Notes under the pieces: generated by a model
The model's database searches: none
What the model was told of the DNA's origin: nothing
The model's input: the letters and a program-made list of their open reading frames with translations, nothing else
Program-made: the position numbers and the translations under genes
Source of the DNA: Burkholderiales bacterium
Lineage (GTDB): Bacteria; Pseudomonadota; Gammaproteobacteria; Burkholderiales; Burkholderiaceae_B
Direction of reading: 5' to 3'
Assembly (NCBI GenBank): GCA_021300475.1
Contig: JAJTDO010000010.1
Location: 6,533-70,532, forward strand
DNA length: 64,000 nucleotides
In this document: positions 47,999 through 58,625 of the stretch, piece by piece
Numbering within the stretch: position 1 is the first letter of the stretch
Layout: every line of letters starts with the position of its first letter

Positions 47999-48865
47999 TC
48001 ACTTGAAAACTACGGTTTTGTGTCCGTTCAATAAAATTCGATGTTCACAGTGCCAGCGAACAGCACGCGCCAACACCTGACACTCGACATCCAGACCCAA
48101 GGCCGCCAGCGATTCCGGATTCATGGCGTGGTCGGCTCTGGCAACATCTTGCTCAATGATGGGACCTTCGTCCAGATCAGCGGTCACATAGTGGGCGGTT
48201 GCACCAATCAGCTTGACGCCGCGGTCGTGGGCCTGCTGGTAGGGTTTTGCCCCCTTGAAGCTGGGCAAAAAACTGTGATGGATATTGATGGCACGCCCTC
48301 TGAGGGCCTCGCACATGTCTGCTGACAATATTTGCATGTAGCGCGCAAGCACCACGAGATCGATGGATTCACGCTCCATGATCTGCATCACCTGGCGTTC
48401 CTGCTGGGCCTTGCCGGCCGCATTCAGGGGCAGGTGATAAAACGGAATGCCGTAGGAGGCCGCCAACAAGGCGAATTCAGGGTGGTTGGACACAATGGCG
48501 GGAATGTCGCATTGCAACTGGCCGGTTTTCCAGCGGAACAACAGGTCGTTGAGGCAATGGCCAAACTTGGAGACCATCAAGAGCAGGCGGGGTTTGGTTT
48601 TGGGATCAAACATGCCCCAGTTCATCTGGAACTGTTGTCCGATGGGTTCAAACTCCGATTCAAGCAGATCAAGGGTCAGGCGGGCAGCCTCGGCCTGCGC
48701 CACGGAAAAATGCACCCGCATGAAAAAAAGACCTGTGCTTTCATCACCGTACTGGGCTGAGTCAAGGATATTGCAACTGCGCTGGAATAAAAAATCCGAC
48801 ACATGGAACACAATGCCCGTGGTGTCAGGGCAAGACAAGGTCAGAATGTAATCGCGGCTATGCAT
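47999..48865 (-). CDS. purU: Formyltetrahydrofolate deformylase
   Basis: ACT domain (CPD..GIV), LARYMQILS, NIHHSFLP and LDEGPIIEQ motifs. Confidence 0.96.
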   Translation of the reverse strand: MHSRDYILTLSCPDTTGIVFHVSDFLFQRSCNILDSAQYGDESTGLFFMRVHFSVAQAEAARLTLDLLESEFEPIGQQFQMNWGMFDPKTKPRLLLMVSKFGHCLNDLLFRWKTGQLQCDIPAIVSNHPEFALLAASYGIPFYHLPLNAAGKAQQERQVMQIMERESIDLVVLARYMQILSADMCEALRGRAINIHHSFLPSFKGAKPYQQAHDRGVKLIGATAHYVTADLDEGPIIEQDVARADHAMNPESLAALGLDVECQVLARAVRWHCEHRILLNGHKTVVFK

Positions 48866-49955
48866 TTGGCTTTCCAGAGGACGCTGACGAAGCCAGGCGG
48901 GCATTCATGCTGACGATGACTCGCTCAGGCGTCAGGTTTTGCAGGCATTGTGTGTGCCCCAAGGGGCAAATACGTTGAAAACAAGGGCTGCAAGGCAACT
49001 GCAACCAGTGGATGTCCGCCTGCTGCGACAGCGGTGGTGTGTGACGGGGATCGCTGGAACCAAAAACAGCCTGCTGGGGCACGTTCATGGCGGCTGCAAC
49101 GTGCATCAGGCCTGAATCGTTGGTCAGCATGACCTGTGCCTTGCCAATAAGCGTGATGGCTTCGTCCAGACTGGTTTTACCCGCCAGCAACTTGACGCGT
49201 CCGCGCTGTGCTTCCGGCAAGCATTGGGCAATCTCGCTGCACACTTCAACATCTTTGGGGCCACCCAGCAAAACCGCCTGACGCAAAGGATCTGCGGCCA
49301 GATACGCCGCAATGGTGGCGGCAAAATGTGCTTGCGGCCAGCGTTTTGCAGGACCGAATTCAGCCCCGGGGGCCGCAGCAAGGAAATCGGGTATTTCACC
49401 GGACGCGTTTTTCAGTGCACTGGGCAATTGAGCCACAGGCAGTAGCACCGGCATGGGCACTTCACCCGCCGCAACATTGCCCAGACGACCGTACCAGTCG
49501 AGCATGGCAGGCTTTTGCGCCTTGGAGGGCTTGGGCCAGCTTTTTGTCAGCAGCAGGCCCCGGCCTTCGGCACCGTAGCCAATGCGGTTCAAAATGCCCG
49601 CCCAAAACGGAATCAGTGCCGTTTTGAAAGAATTGGGCAAAATATAGGCTGTGGTGAACGGGGTCTGCCTTTGTTTCAGCAAGCGCGCCGTTTGCCTGCG
49701 CAAATTGAACTGCAGCCCACCGTGGGCAAACGGTGCTTCAATGACTTCGGAAACCACCGGACTGGCCCGGTAGACAGCGGCCACGCCCTTGCTGCACAAC
49801 ACGGAAATATGCGGCGCGTCGCGACCACTGTCTTGTGTTTTCAGCGCCTGCAGCAGGCCCAGCGTCATGACGGCATCACCGACCCAATGCGGGGCAACCA
49901 CCAAAATGCGTTCCGCCCGAGACAGGCGAAACGCCAGGGAAGCGTCCTTGCTCAT
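48858..49955 (-). CDS. waaF: LPS heptosyltransferase II
   Basis: PHWVGDAVM, PGAEFGPAKRWP, NDSGLMHVAAA and CSPCFQR.CPLGH motifs. Confidence 0.93.
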   Translation of the reverse strand: MSKDASLAFRLSRAERILVVAPHWVGDAVMTLGLLQALKTQDSGRDAPHISVLCSKGVAAVYRASPVVSEVIEAPFAHGGLQFNLRRQTARLLKQRQTPFTTAYILPNSFKTALIPFWAGILNRIGYGAEGRGLLLTKSWPKPSKAQKPAMLDWYGRLGNVAAGEVPMPVLLPVAQLPSALKNASGEIPDFLAAAPGAEFGPAKRWPQAHFAATIAAYLAADPLRQAVLLGGPKDVEVCSEIAQCLPEAQRGRVKLLAGKTSLDEAITLIGKAQVMLTNDSGLMHVAAAMNVPQQAVFGSSDPRHTPPLSQQADIHWLQLPCSPCFQRICPLGHTQCLQNLTPERVIVSMNARLASSASSGKPNA

Positions 49956-49961
49956 CGGAGT

Positions 49962-50165
49962 TTAGTGTCCGTGAACAACAGCGCCGGGTTTCAACTTATA
50001 GACGGTGCCGCAATAAGGACAGGCAGCGGAACCGGTTTTGGTGACGTCCAGAAACACCTTGGGATGCTGCGACCACAAGGCCATGGACGGGTTTGGGCAA
50101 AAGGCCGGCAGATCGTGTCCGTCGAGCTCAACCACAGCGGAAGCTTGTTTGGCTTGGTTTGTCAT
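49962..50165 (-). CDS. Zinc-finger CHCC domain protein
   Basis: CP...W..HPKVFL...CPYCG pattern. Confidence 0.88.
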   Translation of the reverse strand: MTNQAKQASAVVELDGHDLPAFCPNPSMALWSQHPKVFLDVTKTGSAACPYCGTVYKLKPGAVVHGH

Positions 50166-50209
50166 GTGTATTCCCTAGTCTGTTGGCCTGTGTGCAGCGT
50201 CAAACAACC

Positions 50210-51130
50210 TCAGACGCGCGACAACCAGGATTCATATTTTTCATTGCGGCCATACACCACGTCAAAGTAGCGTTTTTGCAACTCTGTTGTGACTGGGCCA
50301 CGCTTGCCTTCACCGATGGTGCGGTTGTCCAGCTCGCGCACCGGGGTGACTTCTGCCGCAGTGCCGGTGAAAAAGCATTCATCGGCAATGTAGAGATCGT
50401 CACGGGTCAGGCGTTTGGAGTGCACTTCAAGCCCCATGTCCTTGGCCAGCGCAATAATGGTGGAACGGGTGATGCCGATCAAGGCCGAGGTGAGTTCTGG
50501 TTCATAAATGACGCCATCTTTGACAACGAACACGTTTTCTCCGGCGCCTTCAGCCACGAACCCGTCGACGTCGAGCAACAAGGCCTCGTCGTAACCGTCT
50601 GTGGTGGCTTCCATGTTGGCCAGGATTGAGTTGGCGTAAGTGGCGGCAAACTTGGCCCGCGCCATGGTGACGTTCACATGGTGGCGTGCAAATGAGGCTG
50701 TTTTGACACGAATACCCTTTTCCATGCCCTCTTCACCCAAATAAGCACCCCACGGCCAGGCCGCGATGGCCACGTGCACAGCGGCACCCCGCGGAGAAAC
50801 CCCCATTTTTTCCGAGCCGTAAAATGCAATGGGGCGGATGTAACAAGAGTCGAGGTTGTTGGCCTTCACCACTTCTTTGGTGGCCTGCATGATTTCTTCG
50901 CGTGTGTACGGAATTTTCATCATGTAGATGTGTGCAGAATTGAACAGGCGGTCTGTGTGCTCTTTGAGCTTGAAAATAGCAGCGCCCTGCTCAGTGCGGT
51001 ATGCACGCTCGCCTTCGAACACGGACAAGCCGTAATGCAGCGAATGGGTCAGCACATGGGTGTTGGCATCGCGCCAAGGTACGAGTTTTCCGTCGTACCA
51101 AATCATGCCATCACGGTCGGCCATGGACAT
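50210..51130 (-). CDS. ilvE: Branched-chain amino acid aminotransferase
   Basis: LHYG.SVFEG, YIRP, EGAGEN, GITR and GTAAEVTP motifs. Confidence 0.96.
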   Translation of the reverse strand: MSMADRDGMIWYDGKLVPWRDANTHVLTHSLHYGLSVFEGERAYRTEQGAAIFKLKEHTDRLFNSAHIYMMKIPYTREEIMQATKEVVKANNLDSCYIRPIAFYGSEKMGVSPRGAAVHVAIAAWPWGAYLGEEGMEKGIRVKTASFARHHVNVTMARAKFAATYANSILANMEATTDGYDEALLLDVDGFVAEGAGENVFVVKDGVIYEPELTSALIGITRSTIIALAKDMGLEVHSKRLTRDDLYIADECFFTGTAAEVTPVRELDNRTIGEGKRGPVTTELQKRYFDVVYGRNEKYESWLSRV

Positions 51131-51203
51131 AAACAATCCTCAGAAAATCAAATAAAGCGATATTCTACAAGTTTGCTCGGGGTTTTAGCACCTGTCTGAC
51201 CAA

Positions 51204-51232
51204 TTGACCCAAAGAAGCAGGGCTTTTATATT
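51204..51232 (+). promoter_or_regulatory. Sigma70-type promoter of the TetR-RND operon
   Basis: TTGACC-N17-TATATT, 35 nt upstream of the TetR ATG. Confidence 0.6.
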
Positions 51233-51267
51233 GAGACACCAAAAATGTACTTGTCTGTTTGAACCAC

Positions 51268-51966
51268 ATGCTTAATTTGCTGGATACGAAAAAAAGATGG
51301 AATCGCAGGAAAACAGCCAGGCCTGCCGAGCTGCTTGACGCGGCCATACACATGTTCACCGAGAAAGGTTTTGCCACCACCAAACTTGAAGAAGTGGCTG
51401 CCCGTGCGGGTGTCAGCAAAGGCACGCTTTACCTTTACTACCAGAACAAGGAAGAATTGTTCAAGGCCGTGGTCAATGAAACCTTCCTGCCCCTGATAGA
51501 AGACCTTAAAAACCGGGAACTGGAGCACTTGGGCAGCATTTCGGAATTGCTGCAAAAAGATTTTCTCCAATGGTGGACCCATGTAGGATGTACTCCCTTG
51601 GGGGGAATTCCAAAGCTGATGATCACGGAAGCGTGTAACTTTCCGGAATTAAGCCGTTTCTACAATGAAAAAATCATTGATCCGTGGCGCCGGCACATTG
51701 TCAGCCTGCTGGAAAAAGGCGTTTCCAGAGGTGAATTCAGGCCCATGGATGCAGAATACACCGCTTGGGTGCTGCATGCGCCCATGGTTATGCTGGCCTG
51801 CTGGACCCACTCGATGGACCGCTGCCTTGAAGAAAAAATTGAACCTATTCGCTACATACACGCTCACATCAAGTCGTGTCTTTTCGGGCTGTTGAATGAA
51901 AATTCTGAATTTCGTCAAACCGGCACATTGGTTGATTGCCCTCGTCCTGCTGACGGGGCTGAGTAG
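51268..51966 (+). CDS. TetR/AcrR family transcriptional regulator
   Basis: EKGF..T.LEEVAARAGVSKGTLYLYY..KEELF helix-turn-helix. Confidence 0.92.
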   Translation: MLNLLDTKKRWNRRKTARPAELLDAAIHMFTEKGFATTKLEEVAARAGVSKGTLYLYYQNKEELFKAVVNETFLPLIEDLKNRELEHLGSISELLQKDFLQWWTHVGCTPLGGIPKLMITEACNFPELSRFYNEKIIDPWRRHIVSLLEKGVSRGEFRPMDAEYTAWVLHAPMVMLACWTHSMDRCLEEKIEPIRYIHAHIKSCLFGLLNENSEFRQTGTLVDCPRPADGAE

Positions 51967-53056
51967 TGTTTTTTACTTTTATTCAGGCAAGGCAAAATCA
52001 AGCCCGGAGACAGAAAAGCTACAAAGCACGGCCAGTCCGGAAAAAACACTGGAATTTTTGGCCCAAGACCTGACACGGGCTGAACTCAAAACAATACAGA
52101 GAACACTGGATGTATCCGGCCCCGTCGTGGCGGTGCATCAAGCCACCGTCAAGGCCAAGGCCGCGGGAGAATTGCTGGAACTTCGCGTGCGTGAAGGCGA
52201 CAGCGTGCAGGCCGGCCAGCTGTTGGGCCTGATAGACACAGCAGAAGCACTGGCACGTAAAAAGGAAAAACTCGCCTTGCTGGCCAGCGCCCAGGCGCAA
52301 TTGAACGCCGCACAAAAATCACTGGACAGCAACAAAAGCCTGTTTGCAAAGGGGTTCGTGTCCCAAACCGTGGTGGACAATGCCGAGTCCAATTATTTGG
52401 TGGCCGCCGCGCAACGGGAAGCCGCCAGCGCACAACTTGAACTGGTTGAAAAACTGCTTGGGGACACACGCATTCTGGCGCCCATCAGCGGACAAGTGTC
52501 TGAACGGCTGGCCCAACCCGGGGAAAAAGTCTCCATTGACACCCGCCTGCTGAGTATCGTGGATACCCAGTCACTGGAAATACAAACCTCGCTGCCAGCC
52601 CTTGAGATCAGCAAGGTGAAAATCGGCCAGACCGCAGACATCTACGTTGAAGGCATTGCAGGCACGTCCTTGGGCAAGGTGTCGCGCATCAGCCCGGCCA
52701 CCGCCGCAGGTTCCCGCTCAGTGCCTGTGTTCATTGCCTTGTCGGGCAGAGACAACGGGTTGCGCACGGGCCTGTTCGCCCGTGGTCGCATCGCCATTGA
52801 AAGCACCCAACCCACGTTGAGCGTGCCAAAAGCGGCTCTGCGCGAGGCCGAGGGCAGAAAAATTGTTTATGTAATTGATGCAGAGAAAAAAATCCGCTCA
52901 ACCGTGGTTGAAACCGGTATTGAAGGGTACAACGGGGCAGACCGGCAACCGGTGGTGGAAATTACGACTGGCTTAAAACCGGGAGACACCCTTGTCGCAG
53001 GCAATCTGGGCCCGCTGCGCGAAGGCGCCGTGATACGCACCTTAGAAAAGCAGTGA
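51896..53056 (+). CDS. RND efflux periplasmic adaptor subunit
   Basis: VREGDSVQAGQLL, APISG and GLKPGD motifs. Confidence 0.92.
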   Translation: MKILNFVKPAHWLIALVLLTGLSSVFYFYSGKAKSSPETEKLQSTASPEKTLEFLAQDLTRAELKTIQRTLDVSGPVVAVHQATVKAKAAGELLELRVREGDSVQAGQLLGLIDTAEALARKKEKLALLASAQAQLNAAQKSLDSNKSLFAKGFVSQTVVDNAESNYLVAAAQREAASAQLELVEKLLGDTRILAPISGQVSERLAQPGEKVSIDTRLLSIVDTQSLEIQTSLPALEISKVKIGQTADIYVEGIAGTSLGKVSRISPATAAGSRSVPVFIALSGRDNGLRTGLFARGRIAIESTQPTLSVPKAALREAEGRKIVYVIDAEKKIRSTVVETGIEGYNGADRQPVVEITTGLKPGDTLVAGNLGPLREGAVIRTLEKQ

Positions 53057-53065
53057 GGTGAACTG

Positions 53066-56000
53066 ATGTGGTTCACCCGAATTTCCATTCAAAACCCAGT
53101 GTTTGCCACCATGATGATGGCGGCGTTTTTGGTGTTGGGCCTGTTTTCTTACAACCAGTTAAAAGTCGAACAGTTTCCAGACGTCAGCTTTCCGGTGGTG
53201 GTGATTGCCAGTGAGTACCCCGGCGCCTCGCCCGAGGTGGTGGAATCCGATGTCAGCCGGCCGCTGGAAGAAGTCATCAACACCATCGCAGGCCTTAAAA
53301 ACCTGAGCTCGCGCTCCTACGAAGGCAATTCGGTCATCATTGCTGAATTCGACCTCACCATAGACCCCGTTCAAGCGGCACAGGACGTACGTGAAAAAGT
53401 GGCTCTGGTTCGCCCAGCCCTGCGCAAGGAAGTCAAAGAGCCGCGCATTTCACGCTTCAACCCTGATGATTTTCCAGTCATCTCCGTGGTGGTCAAAGGC
53501 GACAGGCCCATCCGTGAACTCACACTGCTGGCCAACCAGATCATTAAAAAACGCATTGAAAACGCGCCCGGAGTGGGCAGCGCCACCGTGGTGGGCGGCC
53601 TGCGCCGTGAAATGCAGGTTCTGCTCAAACCCACGGAAATGGAAGCCTTGCGTTTGGGGGTGGATCAGGTGATTAGCGCGCTGCGTTCTGAGAACCAGGA
53701 ATTGCCCAGCGGCAATTTGCGCGCGCAGAACACCGAGCAGGTGGTGCAACTTCGGGCCCGGCTAAAAGACGTGGCCGCGTTTGAGCGCATGGTGGTGGCC
53801 AGACGTGGCGGGCAGCCTGTAACCTTGGGTCAGGTTGCACAAGTTATTGATGGGGAACAGGAAAAAGAGACACTGGCCTTGGTCAATGGTGTTCCGGCCT
53901 TGTCTCTGGACGTGGTAAAAAGCCAGGCTGCCAATACCATTGAAGTGGTGGACAGGGTGCGCAAAGTGGTGGCGGAATTGCAAAAAGAATTGCCACCTGA
54001 CATTGAGCTGATGCTGGTTCGCGACCAATCGATTTCCATTCGGAATTCAGTGGCCGACGTTAAAAAAACGCTGCTGGAAGGCGCTGGCCTCACTGTTCTG
54101 ATTGTATTTTTGTTTTTAAGCTCATGGCGCAGCACGGTGATCACCGGGCTGACCTTGCCGATTTCGCTGATCGGTACCTTTCTGGTGATGTTTGTGATGG
54201 GGTTTTCCATCAACGTGCTGACTTTGCTGGCAATGTCGATTTGCGTGGGCCTGCTGATTGACGACGCCATTGTGGTGCGAGAAAACATTGTTCGTCACAT
54301 CAGCATGGGCAAAGACCACAAAAGCGCTGCGCTGGAAGGCACGCGTGAAATAGGTCTGGCCGTGCTGGCCACCACGCTTTCAATTGTGGCGGTGTTTTTA
54401 CCCGTCGGGTTCATGGGCGGCATTATCGGCCGGTTTTTTCATCAATTCGGCCTCACCGTGGCGTTTGCGGTCTTGCTCTCCATGTTTGTCAGTTTCACGC
54501 TCGACCCGATGCTGTCCTCCATCTGGCCCGACCCGGATGCCCACGGCGCCACAGGCAACAACCCGATTGCAAAAGCATTGCGGCAATTTCAAAGGGCCAT
54601 GGAATCTCTGGAACGTACTTATGTCCGTTTGCTGGGTTGGGGGCTTAACCGACCCAAAACCGTGCTTGCGCTGGCACTGGGCAGCTTTTTAATGTCTTTT
54701 GTTTTAATGAAATATGTGGGCAGCGAGTTTGTGCCGCAACCGGACAACGGCGAATTGAATGTGCAGTTCTACACACCGGTGGGGTCTTCATTGAACCTGA
54801 CGCAACGCAAGGCCGAGCAGGTGGAAAAAGCGCTTAGGGAGTTTCCTGAAGTTGTTTTCACTTACACCACGGTAAACACTGGCATTGCCCAAGGTAAAAA
54901 TTACGGCACCACCTTCATTAAACTGACCAACCGCAAAACCCGTGAAAAGAACATCAAGGAACTGACACCTTTGCTGCGTGAGCGACTGCAACAGATTGCC
55001 GGCATCACCATCACGCAGATTGGCCAGGGTGGCGCGGTCAGCAGCGGGAAACCCGTGCAAATCAGCCTGCTAGGGCCCGACAATGGTGTGCTGGCGAAAT
55101 ATGCGCAAGACGTCATGGACATCATGGCGCGCCAGGCCTACTTTGTAGACATCGACACCTCATCAAAACCGGCCAAACCCACTTTGGCGCTGACGGTAAA
55201 AAGAGAATTGGCGGCCGATCAGGGCATAGGCGTGAACCGGATCAATGATGCCGTCAGGCCTTTGCTGGCGGGTGAAATCGCTTCCACCTGGTTGGCACCC
55301 GATGGCGAAAACTACGACGTTACCGTGCGCTTGCCGGCCGGAGAAAGAGATTCGCCCAACGATTTGTCCCGCTTGTATGTCAGCAGCAGCCAACTGGAAG
55401 CCGATGGATCACCGAAAATGGTGGCCCTGCGCGAAGTGGTGGATTTCAACGCCACCGTGGGTCCGTCACAAATCAACCGCAAGGCGCTGACCCGAGAAAT
55501 TCTCATTACTGCCAACGTAAACGGCATGGCTACCGGTACCGCGTCCAACGCCTTGAAGGCTGAACTGGAAGCACTGAACCTGCCACCGGGCTACCGCTTC
55601 AATTTTGGCGGCTCTTCCAAAGACATTGCTGAAACCCTGAGCTTTGCGGCACAGGCACTGGCCTTGGCCGTAATTTTCATCTACCTGATTCTAGCCAGCC
55701 AATTCGGCTCTTTTACACAGCCCATTGCCATCATGGTTTCGCTGCCGCTGGCCTTGATCGGTGTCATTCTGGCGCTGCTGCTCTGGCGCTCCACGCTGAA
55801 CATGTTTTCCATCATCGGTTTCATCATGCTGATGGGGTTGGTCACTAAAAATGCAATTTTGCTGGTGGACTTCGTGAATCAGGCCCTCAAAGGCGGCATG
55901 GAACTTCGCGAAGCCTTGCTCAACGCCGCTGAGGTTCGTCTGCGCCCCATACTGATGACCACGCTGGCCATGATTTTCGGTATGTTGCCCTTGGCCGTTG

Positions 56001-56164
56001 GCATGGGAGAAGGCTCGGAGCAACGGGCGCCCATGGCCCACGCAGTCATTGGTGGCGTCATTACCTCCACCCTGCTCACCTTAATTGTGGTGCCGGTCAT
56101 TTACGCCCTGCTGCACCGTTTGACACACAAAAAGAACAACACCGCCCAACGCCAAGCAATTTAA
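53066..56164 (+). CDS. RND efflux permease (AcrB/AcrD/AcrF family)
   Basis: 1032 aa; [22 protein letters not shown] and RLRPILMTT motifs. Confidence 0.95.
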   Translation: MWFTRISIQNPVFATMMMAAFLVLGLFSYNQLKVEQFPDVSFPVVVIASEYPGASPEVVESDVSRPLEEVINTIAGLKNLSSRSYEGNSVIIAEFDLTIDPVQAAQDVREKVALVRPALRKEVKEPRISRFNPDDFPVISVVVKGDRPIRELTLLANQIIKKRIENAPGVGSATVVGGLRREMQVLLKPTEMEALRLGVDQVISALRSENQELPSGNLRAQNTEQVVQLRARLKDVAAFERMVVARRGGQPVTLGQVAQVIDGEQEKETLALVNGVPALSLDVVKSQAANTIEVVDRVRKVVAELQKELPPDIELMLVRDQSISIRNSVADVKKTLLEGAGLTVLIVFLFLSSWRSTVITGLTLPISLIGTFLVMFVMGFSINVLTLLAMSICVGLLIDDAIVVRENIVRHISMGKDHKSAALEGTREIGLAVLATTLSIVAVFLPVGFMGGIIGRFFHQFGLTVAFAVLLSMFVSFTLDPMLSSIWPDPDAHGATGNNPIAKALRQFQRAMESLERTYVRLLGWGLNRPKTVLALALGSFLMSFVLMKYVGSEFVPQPDNGELNVQFYTPVGSSLNLTQRKAEQVEKALREFPEVVFTYTTVNTGIAQGKNYGTTFIKLTNRKTREKNIKELTPLLRERLQQIAGITITQIGQGGAVSSGKPVQISLLGPDNGVLAKYAQDVMDIMARQAYFVDIDTSSKPAKPTLALTVKRELAADQGIGVNRINDAVRPLLAGEIASTWLAPDGENYDVTVRLPAGERDSPNDLSRLYVSSSQLEADGSPKMVALREVVDFNATVGPSQINRKALTREILITANVNGMATGTASNALKAELEALNLPPGYRFNFGGSSKDIAETLSFAAQALALAVIFIYLILASQFGSFTQPIAIMVSLPLALIGVILALLLWRSTLNMFSIIGFIMLMGLVTKNAILLVDFVNQALKGGMELREALLNAAEVRLRPILMTTLAMIFGMLPLAVGMGEGSEQRAPMAHAVIGGVITSTLLTLIVVPVIYALLHRLTHKKNNTAQRQAI

Positions 56165-56184
56165 CGACATGTGGCGCGACCATT

Positions 56185-56193
56185 TGCTAGAAT
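56185..56193 (+). promoter_or_regulatory. Extended -10 element upstream of pcm
   Basis: TGcTAGAAT, 29 nt before the pcm ATG. Confidence 0.45.
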
Positions 56194-56222
56194 AGAGCAA
56201 AATAAAACTGGTACTCAGACTC

Positions 56223-56891
56223 ATGGACTTCAACAAAGCCCGCTTCAACATGGTTGAACAACAGATCCGACCATGGAACGTATTGGACCAATCCATACTC
56301 GATTTGCTGTTCAGCATTAAAAGAGAAAATTTCGTGGCGCCTGAACTGCGCGAAATGGCCTTCAGCGATCTGGAGTTGCCTATCCGCATCGACGGCAAAA
56401 ACACCGGCGAAGTCATGCTCTCTCCAAAAATGGAAGCCCGCATGGTTCAGGAACTTGCACTGAAAGCGCACGACCATGTGCTGGAAATCGGCACCGGCAG
56501 CGGTTACATGACCGCCCTGCTCGCCAGCAAATCGGAAAGCGTCACCAGCGTGGAAATACGCCCTGAAATTTCCGCATTCGCAAAAAACAACCTGAAGCAG
56601 GCGGGCATTGCCAATGTGAACCTCGTGGTGGCAGATGGCGCGTGCGGTTATGCCGCCGGCGGCAACTTCGATGCGATTGTCATCACAGGCGCAGTACCGG
56701 TGTTGTCTGCAAATTTTAAAAACCAGTTGAAAGTGGGCGGTCGCCTGTTGGCGGTTGTCGGCGAAGAACCGGTGCAAAGCGCGGTGCTGATCACCCGCAT
56801 GGGCGACAAAGAGTTTTCAGAGCGCAAGCTGTTTGAAGTGCTCATTCCCGAACTGGCCAATGCGCCCCAACCGGAACGTTTTCACTTTTAA
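56223..56891 (+). CDS. pcm: Protein-L-isoaspartate O-methyltransferase
   Basis: ARFNMVEQQIRPW, VLEIGTGSGY and QLKVGGRL motifs. Confidence 0.9.
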   Translation: MDFNKARFNMVEQQIRPWNVLDQSILDLLFSIKRENFVAPELREMAFSDLELPIRIDGKNTGEVMLSPKMEARMVQELALKAHDHVLEIGTGSGYMTALLASKSESVTSVEIRPEISAFAKNNLKQAGIANVNLVVADGACGYAAGGNFDAIVITGAVPVLSANFKNQLKVGGRLLAVVGEEPVQSAVLITRMGDKEFSERKLFEVLIPELANAPQPERFHF

Positions 56892-56893
56892 GC

Positions 56894-57217
56894 ATGCAGC
56901 ACTTGACCCCCCGGCAACTGGCCGACTGGCTGGAAGACGCCACACGCAAAGCCCCCCTGCTACTGGACGTTCGCGAAGCGTGGGAAGTTGCAACGGCAGC
57001 CCTTCCCGGGGTTCTTCACATTCCCATGTACGATGTCCCCGCGCGGTTGAGCGAACTCGACAGCGAAGCGGAAATTGTTTGTGTGTGCCACCACGGCATG
57101 CGCAGCATGCAAGTGGCACAGTTTCTGGAGCATCACGGCTGTTCGCAGGTGTTTAACCTGTCTGGCGGCATGGACGCAGTGTCCCGTTCCGTTTACCCCC
57201 ATATTCCTGTCTATTGA
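56894..57217 (+). CDS. Rhodanese-like sulfurtransferase
   Basis: LLDVRE.WE, CHHGMRS and NLSGG motifs. Confidence 0.92.
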   Translation: MQHLTPRQLADWLEDATRKAPLLLDVREAWEVATAALPGVLHIPMYDVPARLSELDSEAEIVCVCHHGMRSMQVAQFLEHHGCSQVFNLSGGMDAVSRSVYPHIPVY

Positions 57218-57251
57218 CACGTCAAATGAAGTTTTAAACCAAGGAGTCAGC

Positions 57252-58625
57252 ATGTTGGCAGCGCAGTTTTTCAGGGGAAATATTCAAAAAACCCGGTTTG
57301 CCAACGGCATCAGTCTCGCGCTTGTTTTAATGTTTTCAGCCAACGCACAGGCGCAAGACCTTATTTCAGTCTACCGCCTGGCCTACAGCAACGACGCAGC
57401 GCTGCAATCCGCACGTGCCACGCTGGAAGCCGAACGGGAAAAATACCCTCAGGCCCGCGCCGCTTTGCTGCCAAGCGCAAGCTTGGCCTTTCAAAAGCAA
57501 AACCAGACCAGCGAATTTACCGTGGAAGGCTCACCTCCAGGCCAACCGGTTAAAACCTCACCCAAGGCCTTTGGGCTGACGCTCACACAACCGCTGTTTC
57601 GCCTGCAGGCCTTCGAAACCTTTGAACAAAGCAAATTGCTGGTGAGCAAGGCGGAAATTGACTTCATGAACGCCGAACAGGAACTGGCGCTGAAGGTGGC
57701 TCAAAGCTACTTTGACATTCTCATCGCCAAAGACAATTTGAGCACCCTGCTGAAGCAAAAAATCGCCATCACGGAACAACTGGCTGCCGCAAAGCGCAAT
57801 TTTGAGGTCGGCACAGCCACCATCACAGACCAGCAAGAGGCTCAGGCCCGTTTCGACCTGGCGGTTTCACAGGAAATTGCAGCCAACAACGACTTATTCG
57901 TTAAAACAGCAGCGCTGGAAAACCTGATTGGCGGACCCGCACCAGAATTGTCGCCCTTGCAAGCGGGTACAGCCCTGAAAAAACCTTCGCCCGAAGTACA
58001 AGCCACCTGGGTGGATGCAGCCACAGGCAACAACCTGACGGTCCAATCTGTACGTCTGCTCACCGAAGTCAGCAGACGGGAAGTATCAAAAGCCAGAGCC
58101 GGCCACTTGCCCACCCTTGACCTGGTGCTGGCGAAAAATGAAACATCGGGAAGCCGTTTTGGCCCTACAGTCTCAAGCACCGCCAGCGAATCGGCCACAC
58201 TGCAACTCAATGTGCCCTTGTTCGCCGGTGGCGGCACGCAAGCACGCGTCAGAGAAACCCTGAACTTGCAAAACAAAACCATGGCGGACCTGGAAAGCGC
58301 AAAACGCACTGCTGCACAAACAGCCCGTCAAACCTTCGCAGGGGTCAACAGCGGCTTGGCCCAAGTGGCAGCACTTGAGGCGGCCGAGCGTTCCAGCCAA
58401 TTGGCGTTGGAATCCAACAAACTGGGGTATCAGGTGGGAGTTCGCATCAACATTGATGTACTGAACGCCCAGCAACAACTCAGCAGTACACAGCGCGACC
58501 TTGCACGTGCAAAGTACGAAACCCTGCTAAATGGCTTGAAATTGAAAGCCAGCACCGGGGCACTGCGTGAAGCCGACCTCGCTGAAATTAGCGAATTGAT
58601 GCAAGCCGTTGCTGTAAAACCGTAA
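57252..58625 (+). CDS. tolC: TolC family outer-membrane channel
   Basis: Signal peptide ANAQA, ARAALLP, FEVG and YQVGVR..IDVLNAQ motifs; AAGGAG ribosome-binding site. Confidence 0.92.
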   Translation: MLAAQFFRGNIQKTRFANGISLALVLMFSANAQAQDLISVYRLAYSNDAALQSARATLEAEREKYPQARAALLPSASLAFQKQNQTSEFTVEGSPPGQPVKTSPKAFGLTLTQPLFRLQAFETFEQSKLLVSKAEIDFMNAEQELALKVAQSYFDILIAKDNLSTLLKQKIAITEQLAAAKRNFEVGTATITDQQEAQARFDLAVSQEIAANNDLFVKTAALENLIGGPAPELSPLQAGTALKKPSPEVQATWVDAATGNNLTVQSVRLLTEVSRREVSKARAGHLPTLDLVLAKNETSGSRFGPTVSSTASESATLQLNVPLFAGGGTQARVRETLNLQNKTMADLESAKRTAAQTARQTFAGVNSGLAQVAALEAAERSSQLALESNKLGYQVGVRINIDVLNAQQQLSSTQRDLARAKYETLLNGLKLKASTGALREADLAEISELMQAVAVKP

